The notes under the pieces: model-generated
The model's database searches: none
What the model saw: the letters and a program-made list of their open reading frames with translations, nothing else
What the model was told of the DNA's origin: nothing
Translations under genes and position numbers: made by a program
Shown here: positions 28,618-41,342 of the stretch, in pieces
Layout: each line of letters opens with the position of its first letter
Position numbering within the stretch: position 1 is the stretch's first letter
Origin: Octopus vulgaris
Lineage: Eukaryota
Length of the DNA: 64,000 bases
NCBI GenBank assembly: GCA_951406725.2
Contig: OX597819.1
Location: 133,982,001-134,046,000, forward strand
Reading direction: 5' to 3'

Positions 28618-30171
28618 TACATGTGAGTTCTCTAGACATCCTAGTGGTTGAGGCTATACTCATGAAGTAATGTAGATAATTAAGTAACATAAACAGATTT
28701 CAAAAGTTCATTAAAGTTCTTTAAAGATGATGTACAGTCTTATCACAGAATTTTAAAAAAGTCTTAATAGCATCACAGAGAAGGTGACCCAATCCATAGT
28801 GCACATATGAATTTCCAGAGATATGATGAGGGATTACATACTCACAGAAGGCAAATTTATCCATTGTTAATTACAACGAGGAGGGTTTCAATTCCTGCTT
28901 ATTAGCATTACAGAGAGGGTGAATTAATCCTTTGTATAGATGCACAATTTCCAATGGTGTAGGTGTAAATTTCCAAGGAATTTCATATTCACAGGCGATA
29001 AATTTATCAATGGTTGAACACAATGAGGTAGGTATCAATTCTTGCTATATGATTAGGTATTTGCCACATTAATCACATTACTGCTATTTACAAGAGGCCG
29101 TAGCTATTTAACTTTTAAAGGCTGAATGGCTTACTGGAGCTGTATAGAATAGAAAAGGGAGGGGCATAGAAGAAAAGAGAGAAAATAAAAGAAAGAAAAA
29201 ATAAAATAAAAGAGGAGGGGGCAAAAGGGGGGGGAAAGGGGGACTCAAAGAGAAGAGAAAAGGAAAAAGAGAATAAGAAGAAGAAAAAGAAAAAAGAGAA
29301 AAGAGAAAGAAAAAGAAAAGGAATAGGGAAGGAAGGGAAAAAAGAAAAAGAAAAAGAAAAAGAAGAAAAAAAAAAGAAAAAAGAAAGAAGAAAGAAAAAG
29401 ATAAAAAGGGTTCTAGTTATACAGAAGAATTAGTAGACGACAAGTCTGGTTTTAGTTTACAGGCATCTAGGAATTAGAGGAGAATATTATTCTTTGACCA
29501 GTTAGAGGAGAATATTATTCTTTGACCAGTTATTATTGCTGTTGAAATCAGCTATGAATTTAAAGAGAATCTAAAGAGATAACACAGTTAGGGGTCTCGG
29601 GGTCAGATGCTAAAATCACCAGAAAATACATTAGGGAAAACTAGGTATAATCTTATCAAAAAGTCATTAAAATTTACTTACTTATTTATTCATTTTATTG
29701 TCTTAAGGAGTTGCCGTTATTATTCATACATTGACGGACTACAGGTCAAATCTTAGGAGATCATTCAAAAGGTGTTAGGGGATTGTCTATCATAATGAAG
29801 ATAATCATATTATCACCGAGGGAATAGTCTCATTTATTTAATTTTGAAATAGAACAATGGGTCTATAGTAACTCATTTTAATTAATTAGAGTTATGCTAA
29901 TTAAATTAGATTAAGTTAGGAACTAAAATTAAAAATTACAATTAAGATTTAAAATTAAGAATTTAAAAAATTTAAAAATTGTGAGTTTGAAATTAAATAA
30001 AGCCTCAATTAAGCGGCGAATATGTGCTATTCATTTCCCTGTTCTCAAAAAACTGATGTAGATATAGGAAAAAGATAACTGTAGTGTGAGAACTCTTAGT
30101 TATCTACTTAAAGCAGTGCTATACCAGTAGAAATCAGGTTATATCTATCTATCTAGTTACGAATATTCTAA

Positions 30172-31049
30172 TCATTTAAAATATTTTAAAGTCTTCAATT
30201 TAGCGTGGACACAAACTTGACCTAGTTCGATATGGTTATTCAATAGGTTTCTATGTTTTCTATGCTTTAGAATTTCATATGTCTCCATGGAGCATAGTTG
30301 GCAACCAACCCTACTATTTTTATACGGAATTGCTCTCCTAACTATTTCCCAATTAAGGTTATAATTTTTATTATTATTTTTGAGTTCCCAGATTTTGTTT
30401 GAAAGTGTGGTGGTACCAGCTTTATGACGTAATTTAAAAGTCGAGATGTGATTTCTAACTCTAGCTAAAAAATTTATTGTACATCCAAGGTAATAATATT
30501 TGTTATTCTCCGTGGATATGGTACATTTATAGATTACATTATTTTCTCCACATAGACCAGGTGCCGGGCATTTTGATTTTATTCTACACTTACACACAGG
30601 AGGAATACCTTCAGGCTTTGGATTATTCTTGGGTAGATGTTTTAGGTTCCTGTTATTTTGATTATCATTTCTATAGTTGGTGCTGATATCTAAAGTATTG
30701 CTATTATTTCTTGATCCTTCTGTTTCATTATTTAGATCTAAAGTCCTACCATGATTTCTTATATTATTGGTAATGTTAATATTATTGCTAGTCTTTTTAT
30801 CCGACTGCATATTGTTGTTATAGATATCACTAATATTTTCATTCTCCTTATTTTCTCTATTTTCCCTATTTCTATTATTTTTATTATTAACATTATTACT
30901 TCTACTAATATCGGCATTGCTATTATTACTATTAATGTTAATGTTATTAGTCATTCTGTGGTTACTAATTTCACCTATGTTTTGATAGTTACTATTGCTG
31001 CTTTTATTGTTGGTAGTATTATTACAATTGCTATTGGTCTTCATGCCGA

Positions 31050-31080
<31 letters not shown>

Positions 31081-33036
31081 TATATTTCTATCTTTCCTGG
31101 CTAGTTTAATGTTGTTATTATTAATCTTAGCTATTAAAGTGGACATATTTGGGAGGGTTGAATAAGAAATCCTAACTGTTTTCCTAGAAATAATTCTATG
31201 ATATCTATGAGAGATAGGGAAATTTTTTTCCAGAATCACTTTGAATTTGTTCTGTATATCTGATTGTATCGCACAGTTGAAAGGAATATTCAGCCATAAT
31301 ATATCTTTTTTATTAAATTTAGGGTTCGTAGAATTATTACTATTCATCTCACCGGAGTTATTGTATTTATTACCATTATTTTTATTTTTATTTGTGTGCA
31401 TCTTAGGTTTATCTACTTCAATACTATCCGAGTTACCTATGTTCTGGTCAATGTTTCTATTTGAATTGTTGGGCCTGTACGCTAGACTAGTGTTTACCGT
31501 TAGTTTAATTCTACTTTTATTTCGGGCTTGGTCTTTATTGTTGCTTACGTGATTATTGATAACTCCATTATTAGGAATACTTGAGTTCCCCTTATCAACG
31601 AATGTAATCTTTTGGTTGTATCCAGCCTTAGTTAACGCCGCATTATAATGCTCAGAATGGGAGTTAAAAATATCCCTATTGGATGATAATTTTGAAATTC
31701 TTAATGAAATATTTCTTACTAAAGATTCTATAATATTTGGGGGATGATTTGATAATTTATTTACGTAATTCGTGATTTCACCCTCCTTTCTAAATGGGTA
31801 ATGTAGTTTGGAGTTAAGGTCTAGCGTAGTATCTAGGAAATTAACTATTTTAGTGCCCGGTTCATACGTTATACTGAGGTTGAAATCCCTAAAGAACTTA
31901 TTAATTTTCTTTCTAATCCTTTCTATAACAGATTTATTATTACTAGGGATAACAAACAGAGCATCATCCCTATATAGACCCCCCTGTAATTCTGGGATAT
32001 CCTTGCTTATGCATTTTAATAGATATGCGCCTACTAGGTTGGTTACCTCAGCCGAATCACTGGAACCCATTGGTATATCAAAAAAATTTGGTGTATCCGC
32101 TCTAGTCCATAATTTATCTTCAAATTCTATAAATGTCTTCCTAGCTAGTAGCACAATATTGATTTCTTCTCTAGATATTAGGGAGCGATTCATGGCAAAT
32201 ATTAGTGATTTGTTGAGTAAGATAGGGGAAATGCTAGAGTAATAACTATTAATATCGAACTGAATAAAGGACAGACTACTAGTATTAGTTAGAGAGTTAA
32301 ACCATTTTAGAACTTCATCGGTACTTAGCCATAGGTTTAAGGGGAGAAGAGGGGTTATTTGGGGTAGAACAGTATCCAAGATAGATTTACTAAGTCGGCC
32401 AATGTCCGACCTAGTTGGACAGATCAGCCTTACCGAAGGGTTTTCTAGGAAGTTCTTTTTGTGGTCTTTAAGGTTGATCCTGGGCTCACACGGTTTAAGT
32501 GGCTCCGTTCTATCCGTTAAATTTAGCTTTTCCATGATCTCTTTCATTTCCATGTTTACCTTTTTCAAATTAATCCTAGTCGTAATTTTATATTTGGAGT
32601 TTAGTTCTTTCCTTATTAATTTGCTATAAATATCGTAATCAACTCTATACATATTACCCGTTTTATCTGCTGGTACTAGGATTCCATGTTTGCACCGGGT
32701 TGACTGAATAAAGTTCCTAAGGTGTCTAAGGTGAGGGTTATACCTTAACGGGTGTTCCTTGAAGCTAATATCATCTATAAGATTCAGCAAGTCTTTCTCA
32801 AAATTCTCCAGGAATGGGTTCTGAGGTGGGCTTTTTCTACTTTTAAAAATTCTTCTAAAATTCATTTCGGTATTCCTTTCCTGTGGTTTCTTCTTCTGTT
32901 TGACATCAAAATGGTACGTTTTCCACCTGATTCTTCTGATGAAATCGTTAATCCTATGAATGAGAAGCCAATTATACTCATCTATACTATGTAAGGGGAT
33001 GTCTTTAGGGGAGAACTCAATGTTTACTTTTTCCAT
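30172..33036 (-). CDS. PLE polyprotein: reverse transcriptase + C-terminal GIY-YIG endonuclease (Naiad-like), ~954 aa from the first ATG (MEKVNIEFSPKDIP)
   Basis: RT motifs VPADKTGNMY, NLKDHK..F..NP..RLICP, QFDINSYYSSI, FDIPMGSSDSAEVTNLVG, GLYRDDAL, VNFLDTTLDL, SNHPPNI. Endonuclease CKCRIKSKCP..GLC..NVIYKC...YYLGCT...R..NH...CQLC..E...LN....CVH. No internal stop. Confidence 0.95.
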
Positions 33037-33239
33037 TCTTGTTGAGAAATTAAGTACCAGAAAAACATACAGACTGTATGGGAATATATTCAAAAAGCAA
33101 TAAAGATTCAAGTTAATTTAAATGAATTTACTTGAATATGGTACCTAACTTAGATGCACCAAAAAAAACTATACTGATTTAACAATACAGTAATGTGGGG
33201 TGATTATAAGCGAGAATGAAGCAACAAGAATGGATAGGT

Positions 33240-33330
33240 TTTTAGTACAATCGTTTCATACAAGGACAGGTTTTATTAAAAGTTGCAAAGATTACAGCAT
33301 ATAAACGTGTCCCGTACTCATCAGCTAAAA
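33240..33330 (-). ncRNA. Type I hammerhead ribozyme in the 5' pseudo-LTR
   Basis: Same sequence as 28527-28617, offset 4713. Confidence 0.88.
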
Positions 33331-33673
33331 TACATGTGAGTTCTCTAGACATCCTAGTGGTTGAGGCTATACTCATGAAGTAATGTAGATAATTAAGTAA
33401 CATAAACAGATTTCAAAAGTTCATTAAAGTTCTTTAAAGATGATGTACAGTCTTATCACAGAATTTTAAAAAAGTCTTAATAGCATCACAGAGAAGGTGA
33501 TGGGTCACCTTCTCTGTGATGCTATTAAGACTTTTTAAAATTCTGTGATAAGACTGTACATCATCTTTAAAGAACTTTAATGAACTTTTGAAATCTGTTT
33601 ATGTTACTTAATTATCTACATTACTTCATGAGTATAGCCTCAACCACTAGGATGTCTAGAGAACTCACATGTA

Positions 33674-33764
33674 TTTTAGCTGATGAGTACGGGACACGTT
33701 TATATGCTGTAATCTTTGCAACTTTTAATAAAACCTGTCCTTGTATGAAACGATTGTACTAAAA
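33674..33764 (+). ncRNA. Type I hammerhead ribozyme in the inverted pseudo-LTR copy
   Basis: CTGATGA at 33680-33686, GAAA at 33747-33750, stem III CGATTG, TA, stem I TTTTAG/CTAAAA. Confidence 0.88.
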
Positions 33765-33799
33765 ACCTATCCATTCTTGTTGCTTCATTCTCGCGTATA

Positions 33800-33831
<32 letters not shown>

Positions 33832-35154
33832 CGCACACATAAACACACACACACACATATATATATACATATACATATACAAGAGATGTAAATATTAGTA
33901 AAAATAATAATTTTCGATAATATTTATATGTCTTGCATATCTTTTCACTGATCTTGGTTCGAATTTCAACTATAATTTTCAACCGAGTAAACAGGTAGAG
34001 ATGGAGTGAATATTTTGAAATTTTAGTCGTTACGGCACATCCCACTGATGAGAACCAATCATATTCGTGCATATAGACACGTGATCTGAAGAGTTAGAAA
34101 CTGCAGTCTTGGATTATCTTTTATTCTCCTAACAGTCTTCGTAGAGGTTAGACAGAATTTTCCTCTATTCACCGCCTGCAGACATCTCTTCCTGTTGAAC
34201 ATGCAGCGAAGTTCTACATAGCACCCATAACTTGTCGGCTGCTATTTCTAGCAAAGAACGTATTTCGTGCGCATTCACTTCCTATATACATACATAAGTA
34301 AGTAATTTTGGGACTGATCGGTATATGTCAATTAGTGTGCATTGAGTAAAGCACTAGCACGGTTTGGATCCCCTGGTATCATCCGCAGTTGGGGTATATT
34401 TCTGTGGGATCTACTTCAGGAACTCAGCAGTGTTAGCTGAGATAATAATCGATTAATGAAACAGAAGAGGTTTTGGTATTGGTCTTTATTCCGTACGTAG
34501 ATCATTGCGACCCATCCTGCGTCTGTCCTTTATGGGTGGGTTGATGTGCATCATATTGTGTTGTTTCAATTTTGCATTCTGGATCACGTCAAACACATGC
34601 ATACATGAAGTGGTGTCCCGCTAAAAATATTGAGTTCAGGCGTTCATGTTGGTATTTCCCGCATCGTTTGGGAATGGGGTTTTGCTACGATTTTCTTTAT
34701 ATTAAATAACAAATAATTGTAAATAATTGTTAATATAAACGTATAAATTATAGAACGAAAGGAGGATATACAAGAAAAAGTAATATAGATAGGGTGAGGC
34801 CTGTTAAGTTCGGATTAGATTGTATTAAGTTTATTGGGAAGGAGAGATACTACACTTGCTGACACGATCATCGTACGGAAAGAAATACTAATACCAAGTA
34901 CATCTATTTTATTAATCGATTATGACATATAATTAATGTTTGTCGCCACTCCAACGTGGTTGTTCCGTACGAACCGACGTTACTACCATTTTAAACTCCA
35001 ACAAGAAGCTTTCTCTAGCCGGTTATCGAAGCAATTTGCACTCGACATATATTGCAAGCAGAGGAGCGAACCACTACCATCTTCTAGGGACTTCACAGGA
35101 CCAGAAGACCGTCCAGTTTCGGATTATTTTCCCATCATCAGCGCTGGATATCAG

Positions 35155-35229
<75 letters not shown>

Positions 35230-35230
<1 letters not shown>

Positions 35231-35844
35231 ACATTATTGGTGAATTGAAGAAATGGAGCTGAACGCAGATTGAACAGAAATCGTTTTATTTCATTCTACA
35301 CGTGTTTCGAAAGGCACAAATTACCAAAATCCGATGGAATAATGGGACCATATTGTGTCTTTCTCTTCAGGAAGAAAATAGGAAATCCGTTGGAAAAACA
35401 AAAACAGAACAGAGGCGGAGCAAAAACAAATCGAACTATGCTCCTAAGAGCCCATGGCGAAACTCGCCATGGGCTCTTAGGAGCATAGTTCGATTTGTTT
35501 TTGCTCCGCCTCTGTTCTGTTTTTGTTTTTCCAACGGATTTCCTATTTTCTTCCTGAAGAGAAAGACACAATATGGTCCCATTATTCCATCGGATTTTGG
35601 TAATTTGTGCCTTTCGAAACACGTGTAGAATGAAATAAAACGATTTCTGTTCAATCTGCGTTCAGCTCCATTTCTTCAATTCACCAATAATGTTCTAATT
35701 TCAATTATCCGCACCAACGCACGGTTGCAACACCATATGGTTGTACCTCCAACCGTGCTGTTTTACTGCTGTGATTTTTGCTACTAAGGTATCGGTTAAA
35801 CTTTTGATTAATCTACTACAAGATTATTCATCTTTCTATTTCAC

Positions 35845-35847
<3 letters not shown>
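35230..35847 (+). mobile_element. Non-coding HHR-bearing element with a perfect 231-bp fold-back
   Basis: 35230-35460 is the reverse complement of 35464-35694 (3-nt loop AAC). Unique 3' extension to 35847. (TA)n on both sides. Confidence 0.9.
35545..35637 (+). ncRNA. Type I hammerhead ribozyme (mirror copy on minus strand ~35287-35379)
   Basis: TTC-CTGAAGA-GAAAGACACAA...TTGTGCCTTTC-GAAA-CACGTG-TA-GAA, with palindromic stem III ACACGTGT. Confidence 0.85.
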
Positions 35848-35916
<69 letters not shown>

Positions 35917-36749
35917 ACAAGAATTATAGACTCACGTTAAGTAATTTTGGTGCAGTGGATCTCGAAGCACATAAAGCTATAAATAATAATATAGTATGTA
36001 AATATTGCTTTGCAAAACCCTTCTGGAAGGAAAAATCGAAGGCTGCCTATGGTGGTTCACAGTTTATGAGATTACAAATTAGTCAGTCATATTCCGACAT
36101 AAGCAGACTTTTGCTTTCTATCTTTTAGTTTTGTCTTTTCGCGAGCCCTTTTATATTTTACTACAACCTTCAGGGAGATTCTAGGAACAATAACAGTATC
36201 TCGATGAATACTTACAGAATAACAATAACTGTGGCTAAGTGATATTGTTGCAGAGTTGAAGTGAGACAACACTTAGAATATTACATCAAGATTAGACCCA
36301 TTTCAAAAGAAGAAAGTAAACCAAGGCTTTTGTAGAAACAATACTACTTGTTTCTTTAGAAATATGTTGTGAATTAAGTTATATGCTAAAAAATATAAGG
36401 AAATATCTTAAAACACGTAAGAAGTGGCATAACTGAAATCAAAAAGTATTTTCGAAATCATACTCATTCAACCAGTAGAAAATCAAAATTTAGAGAGAAA
36501 GAAATAAAGTTGATAATTTCGAAGATTCTAGATTGTTATTTCAGTTAATTAAAAATAGTAATTAAAGGACAAGCGATATAGTCAATACCTGAAACTAGAC
36601 AGAGAACACGGTGAAATAATGTAGAGCATTATGTACAGAATACAAAGTTCAACAAAAAAAATCAACGACAGAAATATTAAGCAAACAAAGAAGAATTAGT
36701 TTTTCACAATTGTATAACAAGTGCTAAAAAGGTAAAAATAAAGGGTGGT

Positions 36750-37780
36750 GGGGAAGGGTTTTTTGAAACAATTTCATGATGGATCCTGGATTTTATCAAA
36801 AAGAAATTTGAATGATCCTGAATTTCAACTTTTGGCAAAAGGACTGAAATTTTCACATACATCAAGAATCACTTCAAGAACTAGAAGTGAAAAGCTAAAT
36901 ATTTTGTCTAAAGAAACGATTAGTTGAGATTTTCATCGATAAAGTGAGTGAGAATGATAACTTTTTGACACGGAATAAATCAAAATTCAACCCAGTAGAA
37001 GGAAGAAGTATTCTTGAAACTAACATATTAAACTCCTTACCAAATTTTCACAGGAAGTATCAGACAATACTGTCAGACGAAACATTTCCAAATCTGCATT
37101 TAAATGACTTCAGAACGATGAAGCAATTCATAAAACTGGTATATAAAGGTGGTGCTATTACAGTAATGGATGCTGAATATCATCGAGGTTTAGCAAACAA
37201 AGCTGTATCTCTCAATACAGCTTTCTCCGCAGAAATAGCATTACGAAGCAGCTCCATGATCTGGTTTCTAAACATTTTAATTCACCGACCACAAACGAAA
37301 GTGACTGTCTTGCCAATTTTGAACCAACATCTAGCAACTATTACGATCTGCCAAAAATATGTACGTCAAAAGTAAATTGAAACCGCAATGAAAGAACAAA
37401 GTAGAGAATATGTGAATTGCTACAACAAGAATATCTAAACCTGAGACCAATCCTAAATGATCCCAGCTGTCCTTCTGATCTTCTAAATAATTTTAATGAC
37501 ATTAGTTTGAAAGCACTGCACATCTCTATACTAACTTCCGTTCGGGATAACGTCTATTTCTTGTCTCATCTACCCAAAACAAGTGAACCGAATTCATTGT
37601 TGGTTAGTTTTGTTGTAGTGAGCTTCTACACGAATATTCCATAAGATTCACAAATATCGGAAATTAAAAAATTGGATTAAAAGTCATAGAAGGCGATACC
37701 TCGTCGAATTTTCGTGGCCTTTATATGATACGCTGTCAGGTTTAGTCGCGAGGGAAACACTTTTGAAATCGAAAAATAAA
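36750..37780 (+). pseudogene. Degenerate PLE reverse transcriptase N-terminal half
   Basis: LSKRNLNDPEFQLLAKGLKF, IKLVYKGGAITVMD (ADKGG motif), LRPILNDPSCP...VRD...FLSHLP...LLVSFVVVSFYTNIP (DV.SLYTNIP motif). Multiple frameshifts. Confidence 0.85.
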
Positions 37781-37836
37781 AATATACACACGAAAATCTG
37801 GCTACGTTGGAATAAGATTAATTCATATATCTATGA

Positions 37837-37876
<40 letters not shown>

Positions 37877-37877
<1 letters not shown>

Positions 37878-38870
37878 CGTGTGTGAGTGAGTGAGTGAGT
37901 GAGTGAGTGAGTGAGTGAGTGAGTGAGTGAGTGAGTGAGTAAGTGAATTAGTGAGTGAGTGAATGAGTGAGTGAAAGAATGAGTGAGTGAGTGAGTGAGT
38001 GAATGAGTGAGTGAGTGAATGAGTGAGTGAATGAGTGAGTGAGTGAGTGAGTGAATGAATGTGAGTGAGTGAATGAGTGAGTGAATGAGTGAGTGAGTGA
38101 GTGAGTGAGTGAGTGAGTGAATGAGTGAGTGAGTGAGTGAGTGAATGAATGAGTGAGTGAATGAGTGAAAGAATGAGTGAGTGAGTGAGTGAGTGAGTGA
38201 GTGAGTGAGTGAGTGAGTGAATGAGTGAGTGAGTGAATGAGTGAGTGAATGAGTGAGTGAGTGAGTGAGTGAATGAATGAGTGAGTGAGTGAATGAGTGA
38301 GTGAAGTGAGTGAGTGAGTGAGTGAGTGAGTGAGTGAGTGAATGAGTGAGTGAGTGAATGAGTGAGTGAATGAGTGAGTGAAAGAATGAGTGAGTGAGTG
38401 AGTGAGTGAGTGAGTGAGTGAATGAGTGAGTGAGTGAGTGAGTGAATGAATGAGTGAGTGAATGAGTGAAAGAATGAGTGAGTGAGTGAGTGAGTGAGTG
38501 AGTGAGTGAGTGAGTGAGTGAGTGAGTGAGTGAATGAGTGAGTGAATGAGTGAGTGAAAGAATGAGTGAGTGAATGAGTGAGTGAGTGAGTGAGTGAATG
38601 AGTGAGTGAGTGAGTGAGTGAATGAATGAGTGAGTGAATGAGTGAAAGAATGAGTGAGTGAGTGAGTGAGTGAGTGAGTGAATGAGTGAGTGAGTGAATG
38701 AGTGAGTGAATGAGTGAGTGAAAGAATGAGTGAGTGAGTGAGTGAGTGAGTGAGTGAGTGAGTGAGTGAGTGAGTGAGTGAGTGAGTGAGTGAGTAAATG
38801 AGTGAGTGAGTGAGTGAGTGAGTGAGTGAGTGAATAAGTGACTGAGTGAGTCAGTGAGTCAGTCAGTCAG
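37877..38870. repeat. ~1 kb (GAGT)n/(GAAT)n complex microsatellite
   Basis: Tandem GAGT with recurrent GAAT and GAAAGAAT interruptions. Confidence 0.95.
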
Positions 38871-41307
38871 TATAAATACCGGTCATCAGAAAAAAAAAAA
38901 CGATGTTTTAGAGATGCATCTGAGATCGAGCAAATTAGTGCTCCTACTTTGTAATTCTCGCCACAAACACCACAACGAACCGCTGATTGGTCCGTGCAAA
39001 CTTCCAACCGATAATTCTATTGTTCACAAAGACATAACATATGTCTAGCACCATGTAATACATGGATTTCTCTATCGATTCTTTGTTTCAATAATTCAAC
39101 TTGAGTTCTTCTATTTTTGTCACAAATTAACTGAAATGCTTTTTTTTTTATTTTACTGAATTTAAATTGTTGCTGTTTTTTTAAGTCAATTTCATTTATT
39201 TCATTACATCAACTAAAGTGTTATGCCCTGAGCAATAAAGAAAATACACTTATCATTTCCAACAAATACGTTTTAACTTCTTTTTTTTTGTTGTTGTTTC
39301 TGTCATCCATCAAGTTGCTCCTGTCACGATTCACACCATTGTTTACAATAAAGATGCTGGAAACAACAACTCCTCTAACATCGCCGACCTCATCGATGAC
39401 GTCTATTTATAACATCGTTTCAATACAAGTTTGCATCTCTTTTTATTTCATTTGAGCTGTTTTGTAGAATATTGTTGAAATCACTTTTTTCACCTTTTAG
39501 TCGACAAGTTTGATTATCGTATTTAACAGAGGTGGGAACGGGGGAGAGGATGAGAAATAATTTTCGGTATAAAAGAATCCCCGGGGACAATATTGGCATC
39601 GTATTACAGAAAGGAATAAGTGGAAATATATGAAGAATTGTATTTATGGTTGACTGTGTATAATATATTAACAGTAAATCTAGTTTAGTGATGTGCCACA
39701 GTGTAAATCTAACAACAACAACAACAACAAGATTCCCCTCTGACCGATATTACCAGTAAATTCGTTTTTGGTTTTCAAAATATGAAGTTAAAAATGTTTT
39801 GTTGATATTAAATCATATTTCATACATACCTAAAAGTCACACATATACATAATTAAATATTGTTTACCTGGATCAAAGTCAAATTTAGTTCTATAGCGTT
39901 TCTGGGGGGGGGTCTTTTTTTTTTCTTCCGCTAAATTTAGTATAACACACAAGAAACTTGATACCATACATAGACAGAATGTAGAGAGAAATAAACACGA
40001 ATAGAAACAGATACACAACAGTTTTTTTTTGTTTTTAGAAAAGAAAATAATCGTAGAGGTACAACAGAACAGAAAAACACATCATGCATTTCACGAACAG
40101 CATTTAAATATACACAGAAGAAACAAACATAAACCTTAAACACTCTTAAAGATAATACAACACATATATAGACATATAAAGACATATATAGCTCATTGAA
40201 AATAACAAAAAGACTATAAAATAGATTGCAGAGGAGATGTAGATTTATCATTAAAACATCATTTTATCTGACTATTATATTTTCATGGTTACATTTTATT
40301 TAGAGCATTTAAAGTAATTTCTGTCAAAAGTGTCAGAAAATAAAACAAAATATTAAAGAAATCGTGACAGCAAGTTATTTGTTATCAAAATATTGATGTC
40401 TCATTATCTATTATATATCTAAAAATAAAAATGATATATTATATAATATCTCATAATAATCATCTGCTCAAATATTCCGTTTCAAATAAACCGTATTTTA
40501 CAGCTCAATGTTTATTCACCCATTTTGTTTTCATAAGAACCTAAGGTTTATATGTTTACAAGGTTTATATGTTTACAAGTTTATCTTTCAAAATAAATAC
40601 GCCGTAAAGAGAAATGTTTATCAATTTGTGTTGCAAGACTCCTGATGTGAAATCGTGTGCTGAAACAGATATTGTTGTATTTCGGGATGGTCATTTTTCC
40701 TTTTCTTTTGCCAAATAAACACACTCACTTGTTCTTTATTCTTCACTCGTTTATTACTGTTATTTTTTTCGTTTTAACTCAACTCCATTGTCCGGAAATC
40801 TTTCGTCCAACATCTGTGACCTCTTCAACGACACTTTCCGTTTTCGTGTGTACTCTTGCTCAACTTACTCCATTCTGTTTTTCTAAGATATATATCCTTA
40901 TGTGCGCATGCGTTTGCGTCCGTGTGTGGAAAGATCTTTTTCTCGAAGTGAGGAGAAAAGTAAATGACAGTCGTCAGATATACATGCTTCGGAGGGGAAC
41001 ATGTCCTTTTTTACTTCTTTGGCTTCCAGGGAACTGGTAATTTATGATGCTGTGTACAGCCGTGGTTTAACAGGCTATAACATAGTTGACTTAATTTGTA
41101 TATCATAATACGTTAGTAGGCTATGTAGAGGATTAAGTAGTATATATATTTTTAGATAACACAAAACAAATAAGACCTGAATGTGTGTGTGTATGTGTGT
41201 GTGTGTGTGTGTATGTTTGTGTGTGTGTGTGTTTGTTTGTTTGTGTGTGTGTATGTGTGTGTGTGTTAGTGCATGTGTGTGTGTGTGTGTTTGTGTGTGT
41301 GTTTGTT

Positions 41308-41342
<35 letters not shown>

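Larger units (their letters stand above)
28383..33794 (-). mobile_element. Full-length Penelope-like retroelement (Naiad-type) with pseudo-LTRs and 5' fold-back
   Basis: 405-bp direct repeats 28383-28787 and 33096-33500 (offset 4713). 33501-33794 is an inverted copy of the repeat. Single intact RT-GIY-YIG ORF. (TA)n on both flanks. Confidence 0.95.

Noticed and set aside
33037-33111. 25-codon upstream extension of the PLE ORF given in the ORF track
   Set aside because: Starts at a non-ATG codon inside the pseudo-LTR. The first ATG (33036) precedes the conserved N-terminal motif.
35270-35654. Mirror-image ORF pairs (108 aa and 72 aa on both strands); likewise 24860-25127
   Set aside because: Automatic consequence of the DNA palindromes; no recognisable protein motifs.
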